A stretch of 64,000 bases of DNA from Candidatus Aenigmatarchaeota archaeon (GCA_043802485.1 JAZDKZ010000006.1:71497-135496), one strand, 5' to 3'. Counted from the stretch's first letter, positions 9,716 through 17,495 are shown. Made by a program: numbers and translations. The notes: generated from the sequence alone by a model not told the origin.

Positions 9716-10379
9716 CAGCAAACACTTCCTCAATCCTTCCCAGCTCGGCTCCTGTCGTGACTTCCGAGTACAGGATGCCTTTACTATTAACAATTACTCC
9801 AGAATTTATATAAGGACTGCCATAGCCGGCTGTCCCGATGTCGACCTTTACCTTTAGTACGCTCTCTATCAGTTTCATCTCCTTCTCGCTGGCCTCCCTA
9901 TGGCACAGGCAGCCAATATTAGAAGCAGCAGCCGCGGAGCCAACTATGCTAAGGCCTGCGACAGTTCCTGTCCCGACCTCGACGCCCAGGACGTCCGATA
10001 TCTTGCCCTTGAACCTACTCAGGCCCCTTGATATTATACAGCCCTTGTCGTTGCACAGGATCAGGTTCCCCAAAGCGGTTCTCTTTGAGTTTATCACTTC
10101 AATGTTAAGGCCGAGCATCTTTTTTATTTTTTTCAGCTCGTGCTCCTCTATTATCTTCGGAAGAATTATGCCGTTGGAGTTGCCTGCCACGAAAATCCCT
10201 AGCAACTCTGTGCCTGAGAGGGACGTGATTTTGGGCTTAAACCCTACTGTTTTCTTTATCGTGTTCAGCATGCTGCTCTGCGGCGTGATGCCTAGAAGGC
10301 AGTATTTGTCGGTTGCAAAGCCGTACAGACCTATATTCGGATCTCCCTTGAACTTTGCTTTTGAAAATTTGAAGGGCAT
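9708..10379 (-). CDS. eif6: translation initiation factor 6 (aIF6)
   Basis: 223 aa with pentein-repeat pattern (GDPNIGLYGFATDKY, LSGTELLGIFVAGNSNG, ...); conserved position after L31e. Confidence 0.9.
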   Translation of the reverse strand: MPFKFSKAKFKGDPNIGLYGFATDKYCLLGITPQSSMLNTIKKTVGFKPKITSLSGTELLGIFVAGNSNGIILPKIIEEHELKKIKKMLGLNIEVINSKRTALGNLILCNDKGCIISRGLSRFKGKISDVLGVEVGTGTVAGLSIVGSAAAASNIGCLCHREASEKEMKLIESVLKVKVDIGTAGYGSPYINSGVIVNSKGILYSEVTTGAELGRIEEVFADE

Positions 10380-10409
10380 GTCTTGAATTTATCGAAAGAA
10401 CTATTTAAA

Positions 10410-10895
10410 CTATTTCTTTTCCTCTTCTTTTTTGGCGTCTTTCTTTGGCTTCTCGGCTTTGGCTTCTTCTTTCTTTGCCTCTGGCTCTGCTCCAGCTTCG
10501 ACTGGCTTGCCCTTGACCTCTTCCTCTATCTCTTCCTGTATGCTCATCTTCTTCCTTTCCTTCCTCTCTTCCTTGATCTTCTCCCTCTTTCCTTTCTTCT
10601 TCTCTTCCTTCTTCTTGATCTCTTCCTTGGAAGGAGTCTTTATCTCGACGCCCAGTAATTCAGAATAAACAGTATCATCTTCCTTCACAGCATGAACCCT
10701 TATCTTTCTCGGCGGGCTCTGCATGCCCCTTTCCCACAGGCCCTCGTTGATGGACTTGCCCAGCTTGACGTTCTCCGACTTCATGTGCCTTATCAGATAC
10801 TTTCTCACAAGTTTTGAAGCGTCCTCTGCTCTGTGAACCCTACTCTTGTCAAACGCTTTCTTCAGTGGGATTGTGAATATTTTTTCCTCAGCCAT
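10410..10895 (-). CDS. rpl31e: 50S ribosomal protein L31e with ~70-aa K/E-rich C-terminal extension
   Basis: IFTIPLKKA...RAEDASKLVRKYLIRHMK...NEGLWERGMQSPPRKIRV matches L31e; tail EEIKKKEEKKKGKREKIKEERKERKK... Confidence 0.9.
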   Translation of the reverse strand: MAEEKIFTIPLKKAFDKSRVHRAEDASKLVRKYLIRHMKSENVKLGKSINEGLWERGMQSPPRKIRVHAVKEDDTVYSELLGVEIKTPSKEEIKKKEEKKKGKREKIKEERKERKKMSIQEEIEEEVKGKPVEAGAEPEAKKEEAKAEKPKKDAKKEEEKK

Positions 10896-11257
10896 AACTA
10901 TAAAATGAATGAGAAATATTTAAAGCTTTTATATTACTTCAGAAATGTTTATCTAACGGAACACTGATTAGCTTTATTTTTAGTTTGCTTGAATCAATAA
11001 TGAACTCTTCGAAAACCTCTATTGTGTGGTTTTCTGTTGAGATGCTTTTCATATTACCGACCTCCTTCAATAGTTCATAAAATCCATGATGTTCTCTATC
11101 TCCTCGTCAGGAACAACCTGCAGGAATTCTACAGAACTCAGGATATTTTTTATTTTTTTATTGAAACATATAACTTCTATCATGCTATATTTATAGAGTT
11201 GTACAAATAATCTATATTACATACACTTTTTTATACACATAGTTGTATAATATTAGC

Positions 11258-12103
11258 ATGGTTTTGACCAAGGAAATGACCAAGAAAATCAATGATTTTG
11301 TCTATCTAAAGCCCAGGAGCATAGATGAGATAGCCAAAAACATCAAAGTTAACTGGCGCACAGCTGATAGATATGTAGAAAAGATATCAAAAGAGCTGGG
11401 AACCATATCAACCAAGGTCTTCCGTGGTGGCACACGCGGGGCTTTGAAAGTGGTTTTCTGGAATAACTCAGAAAATTTCAATTCTTCAGAGATTAGGGAG
11501 AGGCTTTTCAACCAGATAGTCTTCGGCAAGCAGAAAAAGGATTTCAGCCCTTCGGAAATAGTCCAGTTTGTCGACAAAGATAAGAAGATAATAAAGGTCA
11601 TGACCGAGAACGAGTACAACTCGACCTCCAATTCAAAGGATTTTGCAGACAGATTAAAGTCTGCGGAAAAACAGATATTGTTCTTCTCAGGAAACCTGAC
11701 CTTCAGCAATACCAAGAATCATGATAAGCGGATAAGGGACATAATCGAGGAGCTGGGGAGAAAGAAGGTCTCTACAAAAATCCTGTCTAGAGTTGAGTTG
11801 GCAGGTCTTGACACCATCCAGGACGTGCTTTCAATAAACAGCAGGATAGGTTATGACGCTGTTGAGATGAGGCACTGCTACCAGCCACTCAGAGCCACAA
11901 TAATAGACAGCAAGGAAGCCTCTTTCAAGGAGGTTTTAGATCCCGAGGACTATGCCAAGGACGAGATGAAGCACAAACTATACGTAGTATATCACATTTA
12001 CGACGAGGAATGGATAGAGTGGCTGCAGAAAGTTTTCTGGCACCTTTTCAGGGGATCGATAGACGCCAAAAAAAGAATAGAGGAGTTGGAGCTGCTAAAA
12101 TAA
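11258..12103 (+). CDS. hypothetical protein, N-terminal winged-helix-like region (TrmB-like architecture possible)
   Basis: N-terminus PRSIDEIAKNIKVNWRTADRYVEKISKELG resembles a wHTH; C-terminal region unassigned; ATG at 11258 preferred over TTG at 11243. Confidence 0.4.
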   Translation: MVLTKEMTKKINDFVYLKPRSIDEIAKNIKVNWRTADRYVEKISKELGTISTKVFRGGTRGALKVVFWNNSENFNSSEIRERLFNQIVFGKQKKDFSPSEIVQFVDKDKKIIKVMTENEYNSTSNSKDFADRLKSAEKQILFFSGNLTFSNTKNHDKRIRDIIEELGRKKVSTKILSRVELAGLDTIQDVLSINSRIGYDAVEMRHCYQPLRATIIDSKEASFKEVLDPEDYAKDEMKHKLYVVYHIYDEEWIEWLQKVFWHLFRGSIDAKKRIEELELLK

Positions 12104-12526
12104 GAATTTTAAGCCCTTTTCTTTTTTTTTGCCTAAAGAGTCGTAAAAGCCAGTGTATGCACCCATAACCTCGTATAATGCGCCTCTCTCATCCGCCTTT
12201 ACTATAAAATTGAGCGTTCTCTTTGTTGGCCGCCCGACCTTTTTGGCATAAGTCAAGAAATTGACTCCATGGATAGTACCTCCTAACTGAGGTCTCACTT
12301 TGTTTTCGTTATCACCAACAGATTTCAAATTTATTTTTAGACCCCCGTTTCTTCTTAGGGAACGTTTGTTTTGGAGGTTTTCTTCTATTCTTCTCATCAT
12401 CATGTAACCGTCTTCTTCTGCGAGCCTTTTGCCAGGAAAACCGTACGCCGTTTCATTTTTCTCAAAGTCTACGTACAAAACTTTAAAGGGTACGGGTTCA
12501 AAAACTTCCCTGATTTTTTCACTCAT
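12095..12526 (-). CDS. hypothetical protein
   Basis: 143-aa ORF; convergent 9-nt overlap with 11258..12103; no motif recognised. Confidence 0.4.
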   Translation of the reverse strand: MSEKIREVFEPVPFKVLYVDFEKNETAYGFPGKRLAEEDGYMMMRRIEENLQNKRSLRRNGGLKINLKSVGDNENKVRPQLGGTIHGVNFLTYAKKVGRPTKRTLNFIVKADERGALYEVMGAYTGFYDSLGKKKEKGLKFLF

Positions 12527-12624
12527 ATTTATTCATGTAATTTGGGAAATATAAAACCAATATAGGTACCAATACAGTATCCATTAACCAAGAACAAACA
12601 ACTCCAAGAAAACAGGAAACAATA

Positions 12625-12792
12625 CTATTTCTTCAGTCTGCCGCGTCTCCAGTGCTTTGTGGGCTGGACTGCAATCCTTCTTGTTCTGGCCCTTTTTCCA
12701 TATTTCTTCAAGTCTGCCCATCTAGGCGCAGGTTTTTTCTTGCTGGCTGCTATAAGCCTCAATTTTTTTGCCGCAGGCGTCTGGTTCGTCAT
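12625..12792 (-). CDS. rpl39e: 50S ribosomal protein L39e
   Basis: 55-aa ORF below the track cutoff, translated by hand: MTNQTPAAKKLRLIAASKKKPAPRWADLKKYGKRARTRRIAVQPTKHWRRGRLKK; basic, HWRR..L ending, expected position after the PDCD5-like gene. Confidence 0.75.
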   Translation of the reverse strand: MTNQTPAAKKLRLIAASKKKPAPRWADLKKYGKRARTRRIAVQPTKHWRRGRLKK

Positions 12793-12796
12793 GTAA

Positions 12797-13051
12797 TCAT
12801 TTTCTCTTTATTTTTGTCTTTCTTTTCTTGGGGATTAAAACACTCAAAATCTGCTTTAATTTTTTGTCATCAATCTTTCCCTTTAGCTGTCCTGACTGGT
12901 ATAGTTGGACAAGGTAGAGTTCCAGCTGGGTCGAGAGAACAGGGTTCGCCATCTTCACCCTTCCTAGCCTCTCCATCGCCTCCTTGTCTAGCACTTTTAT
13001 GAGCACGCTGCTCTTCATCGCATCGAACTGTTTGAGGTTCTCATCCGTCAT
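12797..13051 (-). CDS. dsDNA-binding protein, PDCD5/TFAR19 (MTH1615) family
   Basis: 84 aa; VLDKEAMERLGRVKMANP...LELYLVQLYQSG pattern; 4-nt overlap with rps19e as in the conserved archaeal cluster. Confidence 0.75.
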   Translation of the reverse strand: MTDENLKQFDAMKSSVLIKVLDKEAMERLGRVKMANPVLSTQLELYLVQLYQSGQLKGKIDDKKLKQILSVLIPKKRKTKIKRK

Positions 13052-13458
13052 CTTATCTCCCTTCCTGTTCTTTCCAGGAACTTCTGGCCTTTCGGCGTTA
13101 TTGCCCTTCCTTTTTTAGGAGCATCAACCGTTTTGACATAGCCTACCTTTTCAAGCTGCTGTAGTATTGTCCTCAGCACCTTGCCGCCTGCCTTGGCATG
13201 TCTGCTCGGCTTGTGGCCCCTGTCCTTCCTGCCGCCGAACACTGTTCTCAGCTTCTCGGTGCCAACAGGGCCGTTGACATAGACCCTTCTCAGCACAGCA
13301 GCAGACCTGATGAACCACCAGTCGTCCTGCACAGGAGGCCTTTCCGAGCAGACTCCTGTCTTTACATACTTTGACCATTCTGGCGGCTTTATGTTGTCGT
13401 TCTTCTTCAGCTTCTCCGACAAGCCGGCTATCAGTTTTTGGGGCGCCACATTTTTCAT
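13048..13458 (-). CDS. rps19e: 30S ribosomal protein S19e
   Basis: 136 aa; PEWSKYVKTGVCSERPP..DDWWFIRSAAVLRRVY..GPVG matches S19e. Confidence 0.9.
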   Translation of the reverse strand: MKNVAPQKLIAGLSEKLKKNDNIKPPEWSKYVKTGVCSERPPVQDDWWFIRSAAVLRRVYVNGPVGTEKLRTVFGGRKDRGHKPSRHAKAGGKVLRTILQQLEKVGYVKTVDAPKKGRAITPKGQKFLERTGREIR

Positions 13459-13719
13459 ACACTCACTTTGACTTTAATGTTTAAATGCTTTTGCTGCTTT
13501 GAACTCGAGCAAAACAATAAGAAAATAGGCATTTACATCTTATAAAATATTATGGTTAAGGATGAATTCATTAAACCGTATATCTCTGCCTATTTTCATA
13601 ATAATCCTGTTCGGTCATTTGTTTATATTTCTCTTGACTGGGAAGAGGAAACCCCATGAACAATTGGACTAATCTCAATTCAATGCATTTTTTCATATAA
13701 TAGAAATTGTGAATTAATC

Positions 13720-13881
13720 TTAAATATTCAATCTGTACTTCTTGGATATCCTCTTTATCAGCAGCTCGTAGCGTTTCTCAAAGTCAGGCCTTCTTGCCTT
13801 CATTTTGTCCAGGATGTCGATTCGTTCCTGAGCGATTTTCATTCTCTCGTCTTTCATCTGCTTGAAGCGTTTGGCTTTCAT
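13720..13881 (-). CDS. Rpp21/Rpr2-like (RNase P protein component 4) N-terminal helical half, lacking the zinc ribbon
   Basis: 53-aa ORF translated by hand: MKAKRFKQMKDERMKIAQERIDILDKMKARRPDFEKRYELLIKRISKKYRLNI; parallels the IAKERIDIL...AKRYVELA... N-terminus of archaeal Rpp21; ATGA overlap with the upstream gene. Confidence 0.45.
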   Translation of the reverse strand: MKAKRFKQMKDERMKIAQERIDILDKMKARRPDFEKRYELLIKRISKKYRLNI

Positions 13882-14417
13882 TCCCGTATCACCTTAGAAT
13901 CGTTTGTCAGGTCTATAACTTTTGAAGGATTTCCTTTCAATATGCCCTCTTCTATGTACATGGAAACAGCATCCCCGAATTCGTTCTTTATTTCATTTAT
14001 GTTGATTGGTGTGGGGTGCTGGTGCTTGTTTGCCGAGGTGGTTGTTATCGGTTTTCCGAAGCTTCTAGATATTAAAGTGCACCAGTGGTCCGGTATCCTA
14101 AACCCCACATTGTTTTCAGAGACATGAAGTGTGGTTTTAGGTTTAAGAATAAAGGTGAACGGACCGGGCAATGACTTCTTCAAGACGCTCATTTGCTCCA
14201 TGCTTATTTCTGCGTATTTTGCAAGCATCTCGAAATCCGATACAAGGACTGAAATTGGCATATTCAGCGGCCTCTCCTTTATTTCGTAAACCTTCCCAAC
14301 AGCTTCTTTTGAAGTGGCGTCAGCGCCAATGCCGTATATCGTATCTGTGGGGTAGACTATCAAATTGCCGTTTCTGAGGGTTTCAATTGCCTTTTCAAGA
14401 ACCTCTACTTTTTCCAT
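13878..14417 (-). CDS. L-threonylcarbamoyladenylate synthase (Sua5/YrdC/TsaC family, YrdC-domain only)
   Basis: LIVYPTDTIYGIGADATSKEAV...ERPLNMPISVLV motifs; start set to MEKVEVL because the 5' ORF extension runs through tRNA-Gly. Confidence 0.85.
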   Translation of the reverse strand: MEKVEVLEKAIETLRNGNLIVYPTDTIYGIGADATSKEAVGKVYEIKERPLNMPISVLVSDFEMLAKYAEISMEQMSVLKKSLPGPFTFILKPKTTLHVSENNVGFRIPDHWCTLISRSFGKPITTTSANKHQHPTPININEIKNEFGDAVSMYIEEGILKGNPSKVIDLTNDSKVIRE

Positions 14418-14433
14418 TAATATCACGAAAGTG

Positions 14434-14504
14434 TGCACCGACCGGGACTCGAACCCGGATCGTGAGCTTGGAAGGCTCATATCCTACCATTAGACTATCG
14501 GTGC
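14434..14504 (-). tRNA. tRNA-Gly (UCC), no encoded CCA
   Basis: hand-folded cloverleaf: acceptor GCACCGA/TCGGTGC, anticodon stem TGAGC/GCTCA with loop CTTCCAA, T arm CCGGG-TTCGAGT-CCCGG; 71 nt. Confidence 0.9.
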
Positions 14505-14528
14505 TTACAGAATAGATTTTAATTCTAA

Positions 14529-14927
14529 TTATTTAAAAGACTTTCTTATTTTTTCAGATATTTTTTCCATCTCATCATTCGGTAGTTTCAAAGTCTTCTC
14601 TGGATTAAGCCAGCTGCCATGGCCGTCATCCTTGAATCTGGGAATAATATGTATGTGTGCATGGGGAACATCTGTTCCGCCAATACCAGAAACCACAAAC
14701 TCTGCTTCCAATGATTTTTGCAGGGCCTTGGCAACTTTCTTCGCAGCCTCGAAATAATCTCCTGCGTTTTCAACATCCCAGACCCACCTGTAATGTTTCT
14801 TTGGGATAATCAGCGTATGTCCGGGGTTACAGGGATTGATGTCCAGAAAGGCTATGAAATCATCTTCCTCATAGATATTGTGGCAGGGTATATCCCCTTT
14901 CACTATCTTGCAAAATACACAGTCCAT
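14529..14927 (-). CDS. HIT-family (histidine triad) nucleotide hydrolase/transferase
   Basis: histidine triad HAHIHIIPR and N-terminal CVFCKI zinc motif. Confidence 0.9.
   Translation of the reverse strand: MDCVFCKIVKGDIPCHNIYEEDDFIAFLDINPCNPGHTLIIPKKHYRWVWDVENAGDYFEAAKKVAKALQKSLEAEFVVSGIGGTDVPHAHIHIIPRFKDDGHGSWLNPEKTLKLPNDEMEKISEKIRKSFK
14530..14537 (-). promoter_or_regulatory. TATA-like box upstream of tRNA-Gly
   Basis: TTTAAATA on the minus strand at -33..-26 relative to the mature 5' nucleotide. Confidence 0.4.
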
Positions 14928-14942
14928 GTTATCACAATGAAG

Positions 14943-15052
14943 TGGGGTTGCCAGGATTTGAACCTGGATCGGCTGGTTTCCTCTGTCATCTTTGGATCAA
15001 AGCTCCAAAAAATTGGAGCCAGCTATCTTAAACCTGGTTGGACGACAACCCC
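14943..15052 (-). tRNA. tRNA-Trp (CCA) with a 35-nt intron at the canonical 37/38 position, no encoded CCA
   Basis: acceptor GGGGTTG/CAACCCC, anticodon stem GCTGG/CCAGC, loop CTCCAA|intron|A, T arm CCAGG-TTCAAAT-CCTGG; 110 nt gene, 75 nt mature; intron approx 14978..15012. Confidence 0.85.
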
Positions 15053-15076
15053 TCTGAAAGAATTGATACGCAAGTG

Positions 15077-15084
15077 TTTTTATA
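15077..15084 (-). promoter_or_regulatory. TATA-like box upstream of tRNA-Trp
   Basis: TATAAAAA on the minus strand at -32..-25 relative to the mature 5' nucleotide. Confidence 0.4.
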
Positions 15085-15095
15085 TTTTTCTAATT

Positions 15096-16127
15096 CTAAG
15101 AGAAAGCCCTGACAGAATTCCAGGAAACGCTCTTGTTGAGCTTCTCATCTACAAAACCCTTGAAAAGCAAAAATAGATGAACATTACTGAGAAGGAACCA
15201 CACAGGCAGGTAAATGAGATCTATCAAAGGTTCCTTGAACTTTATTCTAGAGTAGACAAGAAAAGCCATGGTGAATAAAAATAAGCCAAGAAGAGGCGCT
15301 GTCAAGAAAAGGGGCAGGCCGAAATACATGAATACTGCGAGTATGGTAGCTGTCATGAGCCCAAACGGCGGGACGTAAAAATATACGCCATGCATAAGGT
15401 CTGAAAGGAACTTTATGCCTGATCTTCTCTTGTACTTTAGCATCCTTACAGAGCCTCTGGCCCATCTTATCCTCTGCTTGAAGAAAGCCTTGAAAGACGG
15501 CGGCTCCTCGTTCCATGCTATGGCTTCTGGCTCGAAAACCGTCTTGTAGCCCCTGTCCTTGAGTTTTAGCGACATTTCAATGTCCTCTACAAAGGTCTGC
15601 GTGTCAAAGCAGCCAACCTTCATCAGGACATCCTTCCTTATGAACATGTTCTTGCCGAAAAAGTGGGTGTTGGCTCCCTTGCTGTTGAGGAAATATTCAA
15701 TAAACGAGATGAAACTGGTCTCCAGTGCCAACGATCTGGCTATTATTGATTGGTTCTTGTTATGAGACTTGAGATTGCCACAGACTCCTGCTATATCCTT
15801 GTTTTCAAAACGTTTTGCCACTTTTTTAAGGCAGTTCTTGTCAACGATGCAGTCTGCGTCGTAGATGCCGATTATCTCGCCCTTGGCCTTGGGTATGACG
15901 CTGTTCAGGGCGTCTCCCTTGCAGGTCTTTGGGCTTGATTTTATGACTTTTACCCTGCTGCCAAAGCTCTTGCATATCTTCTCTGTCCTGTCCTTTGAGC
16001 CGTCTATTGCCACGATTATCTCTAGCCTGTTCTTTGGGTATTTCAGGTCCAAAAGGCTCTTTAAGCAATTGCCTACGACTTTCTCCTCGTTCCTTGCCGG
16101 GACAATAAGGCTCATTGTTGGTAGCAT
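15096..16127 (-). CDS. family 2 glycosyltransferase, processive type (membrane-embedded C-terminus)
   Basis: PARNEE, DADC and QRIRWARG (QxxRW) motifs plus C-terminal TM helices. Confidence 0.85.
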   Translation of the reverse strand: MLPTMSLIVPARNEEKVVGNCLKSLLDLKYPKNRLEIIVAIDGSKDRTEKICKSFGSRVKVIKSSPKTCKGDALNSVIPKAKGEIIGIYDADCIVDKNCLKKVAKRFENKDIAGVCGNLKSHNKNQSIIARSLALETSFISFIEYFLNSKGANTHFFGKNMFIRKDVLMKVGCFDTQTFVEDIEMSLKLKDRGYKTVFEPEAIAWNEEPPSFKAFFKQRIRWARGSVRMLKYKRRSGIKFLSDLMHGVYFYVPPFGLMTATILAVFMYFGLPLFLTAPLLGLFLFTMAFLVYSRIKFKEPLIDLIYLPVWFLLSNVHLFLLFKGFVDEKLNKSVSWNSVRAFS

Positions 16128-16541
16128 TGAATATAAGATTGGAATAACTGCTTTATAAGCTTATTTATAATCGAAGGACACTTTCACTGAGAAAAAGTGG
16201 TATTTATAAGACAGAAAAGCTAATAATAGAAGGATACTAAAGAAGTTTTCTCTGTTAAAAGAGTTAAAAGAAATTAGTTATCTAAAATGGATGGTGATAA
16301 GTTGGGTAATGTTTTTGTAATGAGAGAGAAGTTTTTGGAAAGGCTTGCAGAGAGCAGGCACAGGGATGCAAAGAATACGGATTAAATCCCTCTTTTTCTT
16401 CATTTTCATGCTATCAGCAGAGCACCTATCACAATCATTATTACTGAGAGAGTCTTCAAAAACAGGGTGGACCTGATGGAAAACACTGCCCACAACATAT
16501 CATTATAATTTGATGGACTGGCTTAAAACGTTAAAAAGAAG

Positions 16542-16614
16542 TGGGCCCAGAGGGGCTCGAACCCTCGACCTACTGGTTAAGAGCCAGTCGCTCTACCGAC
16601 TGAGCTATGGGCCC
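16542..16614 (-). tRNA. tRNA-Lys (CUU), no encoded CCA
   Basis: GGGCCCA/TGGGCCC acceptor, D arm GCTC-AGTCGGTA-GAGC, anticodon loop CTCTTAA, T arm GAGGG-TTCGAGC-CCCTC; 73 nt. Confidence 0.92.
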
Positions 16615-16638
16615 GTGAATAAAGAATGATAATTGTAT

Positions 16639-16646
16639 TTTATAAA
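16639..16646 (-). promoter_or_regulatory. TATA-like box upstream of tRNA-Lys
   Basis: TTTATAAA at -32..-25 relative to the mature 5' nucleotide. Confidence 0.4.
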
Positions 16647-16669
16647 ACTAATTATTGATAGAAAAAAAA

Positions 16670-16855
16670 TTATCTCTTCCTGTTCCTTGTCAAAAGGTTC
16701 TTCCACGCCCAGTTGAACTTTCTCATCTTTGGATCAGGATAGCCACATCTTGAACATCTCTTTTTTGTTATATGATATGTATGTTTCCCGCACCTTCTAC
16801 ACGGTATGTGAATAATTTTTCTACGTTTACCAAAAGAAGGAGTTCCTTTTGTCAC
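16670..16855 (-). CDS. rpl37e: 50S ribosomal protein L37e
   Basis: MTKGTPSFGKRRK..HIPCRRCGKHTYH..KRCSRCGYP zinc-ribbon signature. Confidence 0.9.
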   Translation of the reverse strand: MTKGTPSFGKRRKIIHIPCRRCGKHTYHITKKRCSRCGYPDPKMRKFNWAWKNLLTRNRKR

Positions 16856-16867
16856 AGAATCAACCTC

Positions 16868-17101
16868 TTATTGAGCCGAAGGAGAGACGAAGATTATCGT
16901 GTCGCCCCTGACCAGAATCGATCCAAGCTTTACCTTCTTGTCTCCCTTTATCTCATCCACATCTTCTAGCCAAAGGTTCAAGTGTAAATCAAAAGCTTGC
17001 AAGACTCCTGTCATTTCAGCGCCGTTCTTTAATCTTATAATTACTCTCTTTTCTTTTGCCTTATCAAGTACATCTAATGGTCTTGTCATTGTTATCACCA
17101 A
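16868..17101 (-). CDS. Sm-like archaeal protein (LSm/SmAP)
   Basis: Sm1/Sm2 motifs RVIIRLKNGAEMTGVLQAFDLHLNLWLEDV and ILVRGDTIIFVSP; conserved LSm-L37e pairing. Confidence 0.9.
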   Translation of the reverse strand: MVITMTRPLDVLDKAKEKRVIIRLKNGAEMTGVLQAFDLHLNLWLEDVDEIKGDKKVKLGSILVRGDTIIFVSPSAQ

Positions 17102-17152
17102 TCTATAACAGATATTACATTAACATATTTAAATCTTATTACTTCTGAAAAA

Positions 17153-17425
17153 TCATTCCAGTCTTTTTATTATGTGCCAGCCAAACTGGGTTTTCACTGG
17201 TTGCGATGTCTCTCCCCTGTTCAAGGCGAATGCCGCCTTCTCGAACTCCCTGACCATCCTTCCCCTTCCGAAGGTTCCAAGATCGCCGCCTTTTTTTCCG
17301 GATGGGCACATTGACTTTTCCCCTGCTATTTTAGAAAAGCTGTCTCCCTTGGTTATCTGTTCCAGAATGCTCCTTGCTTCCTGCTCTGTCTTGACAAGAA
17401 TGTGCGCGCAGTGTGCATTATCCAT
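17153..17425 (-). CDS. parvulin-type peptidyl-prolyl cis-trans isomerase
   Basis: [11 protein letters not shown]...[17 protein letters not shown]...[15 protein letters not shown]; start at internal [11 protein letters not shown] gives ~90 aa typical of archaeal parvulins. Confidence 0.85.
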   Translation of the reverse strand: MDNAHCAHILVKTEQEARSILEQITKGDSFSKIAGEKSMCPSGKKGGDLGTFGRGRMVREFEKAAFALNRGETSQPVKTQFGWHIIKRLE

Positions 17426-17457
17426 AAAATCACCTACAACTCTATACGAGAAAAGCA

Positions 17458-17467
17458 TTTAAATATA
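17458..17467. promoter_or_regulatory. TATA-like element in the divergent parvulin / rps8e intergenic region
   Basis: TTTAAATATA about 30 nt upstream of the rps8e ATG (17496) and about 35 nt from the parvulin start (17425). Confidence 0.4.
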
Positions 17468-17495
17468 TCTACCTACTAATGATGTTTGTGATTAA

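Noticed and set aside
13151-13462. 103-aa alternative-frame ORF inside rps19e
   Set aside because: It is on the same strand as the clearly identified S19e but in a different frame, and its Arg/Gln/Cys-rich composition is artefactual.
13553-13660. 35-aa plus-strand mini-ORF (MVKDEFIKPYISAYFHNNPVRSFVYISLDWEEETP) in the gap downstream of the Rpp21-like fragment
   Set aside because: It has no promoter or SD signal and no recognisable motif. It lies in the region I interpret as decayed Rpp21 sequence on the other strand.
14978-15012. Idea that the tRNA-Trp intron encodes a C/D box guide RNA, as in some euryarchaea
   Set aside because: The intron is only about 35 nt and has a single imperfect C-box-like AGATGA with no D box (CTGA). 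That is too short for a functional C/D guide.
16128-16541. 414-nt gap searched for an ncRNA, plus the 71-aa ORF 16278..16493
   Set aside because: The region is AT-rich. I found no convincing C box/D box pair, no extended GC-rich helices and no conserved SRP or RNase P RNA motifs. The ORF has no motif and has odd composition. It is left unannotated.
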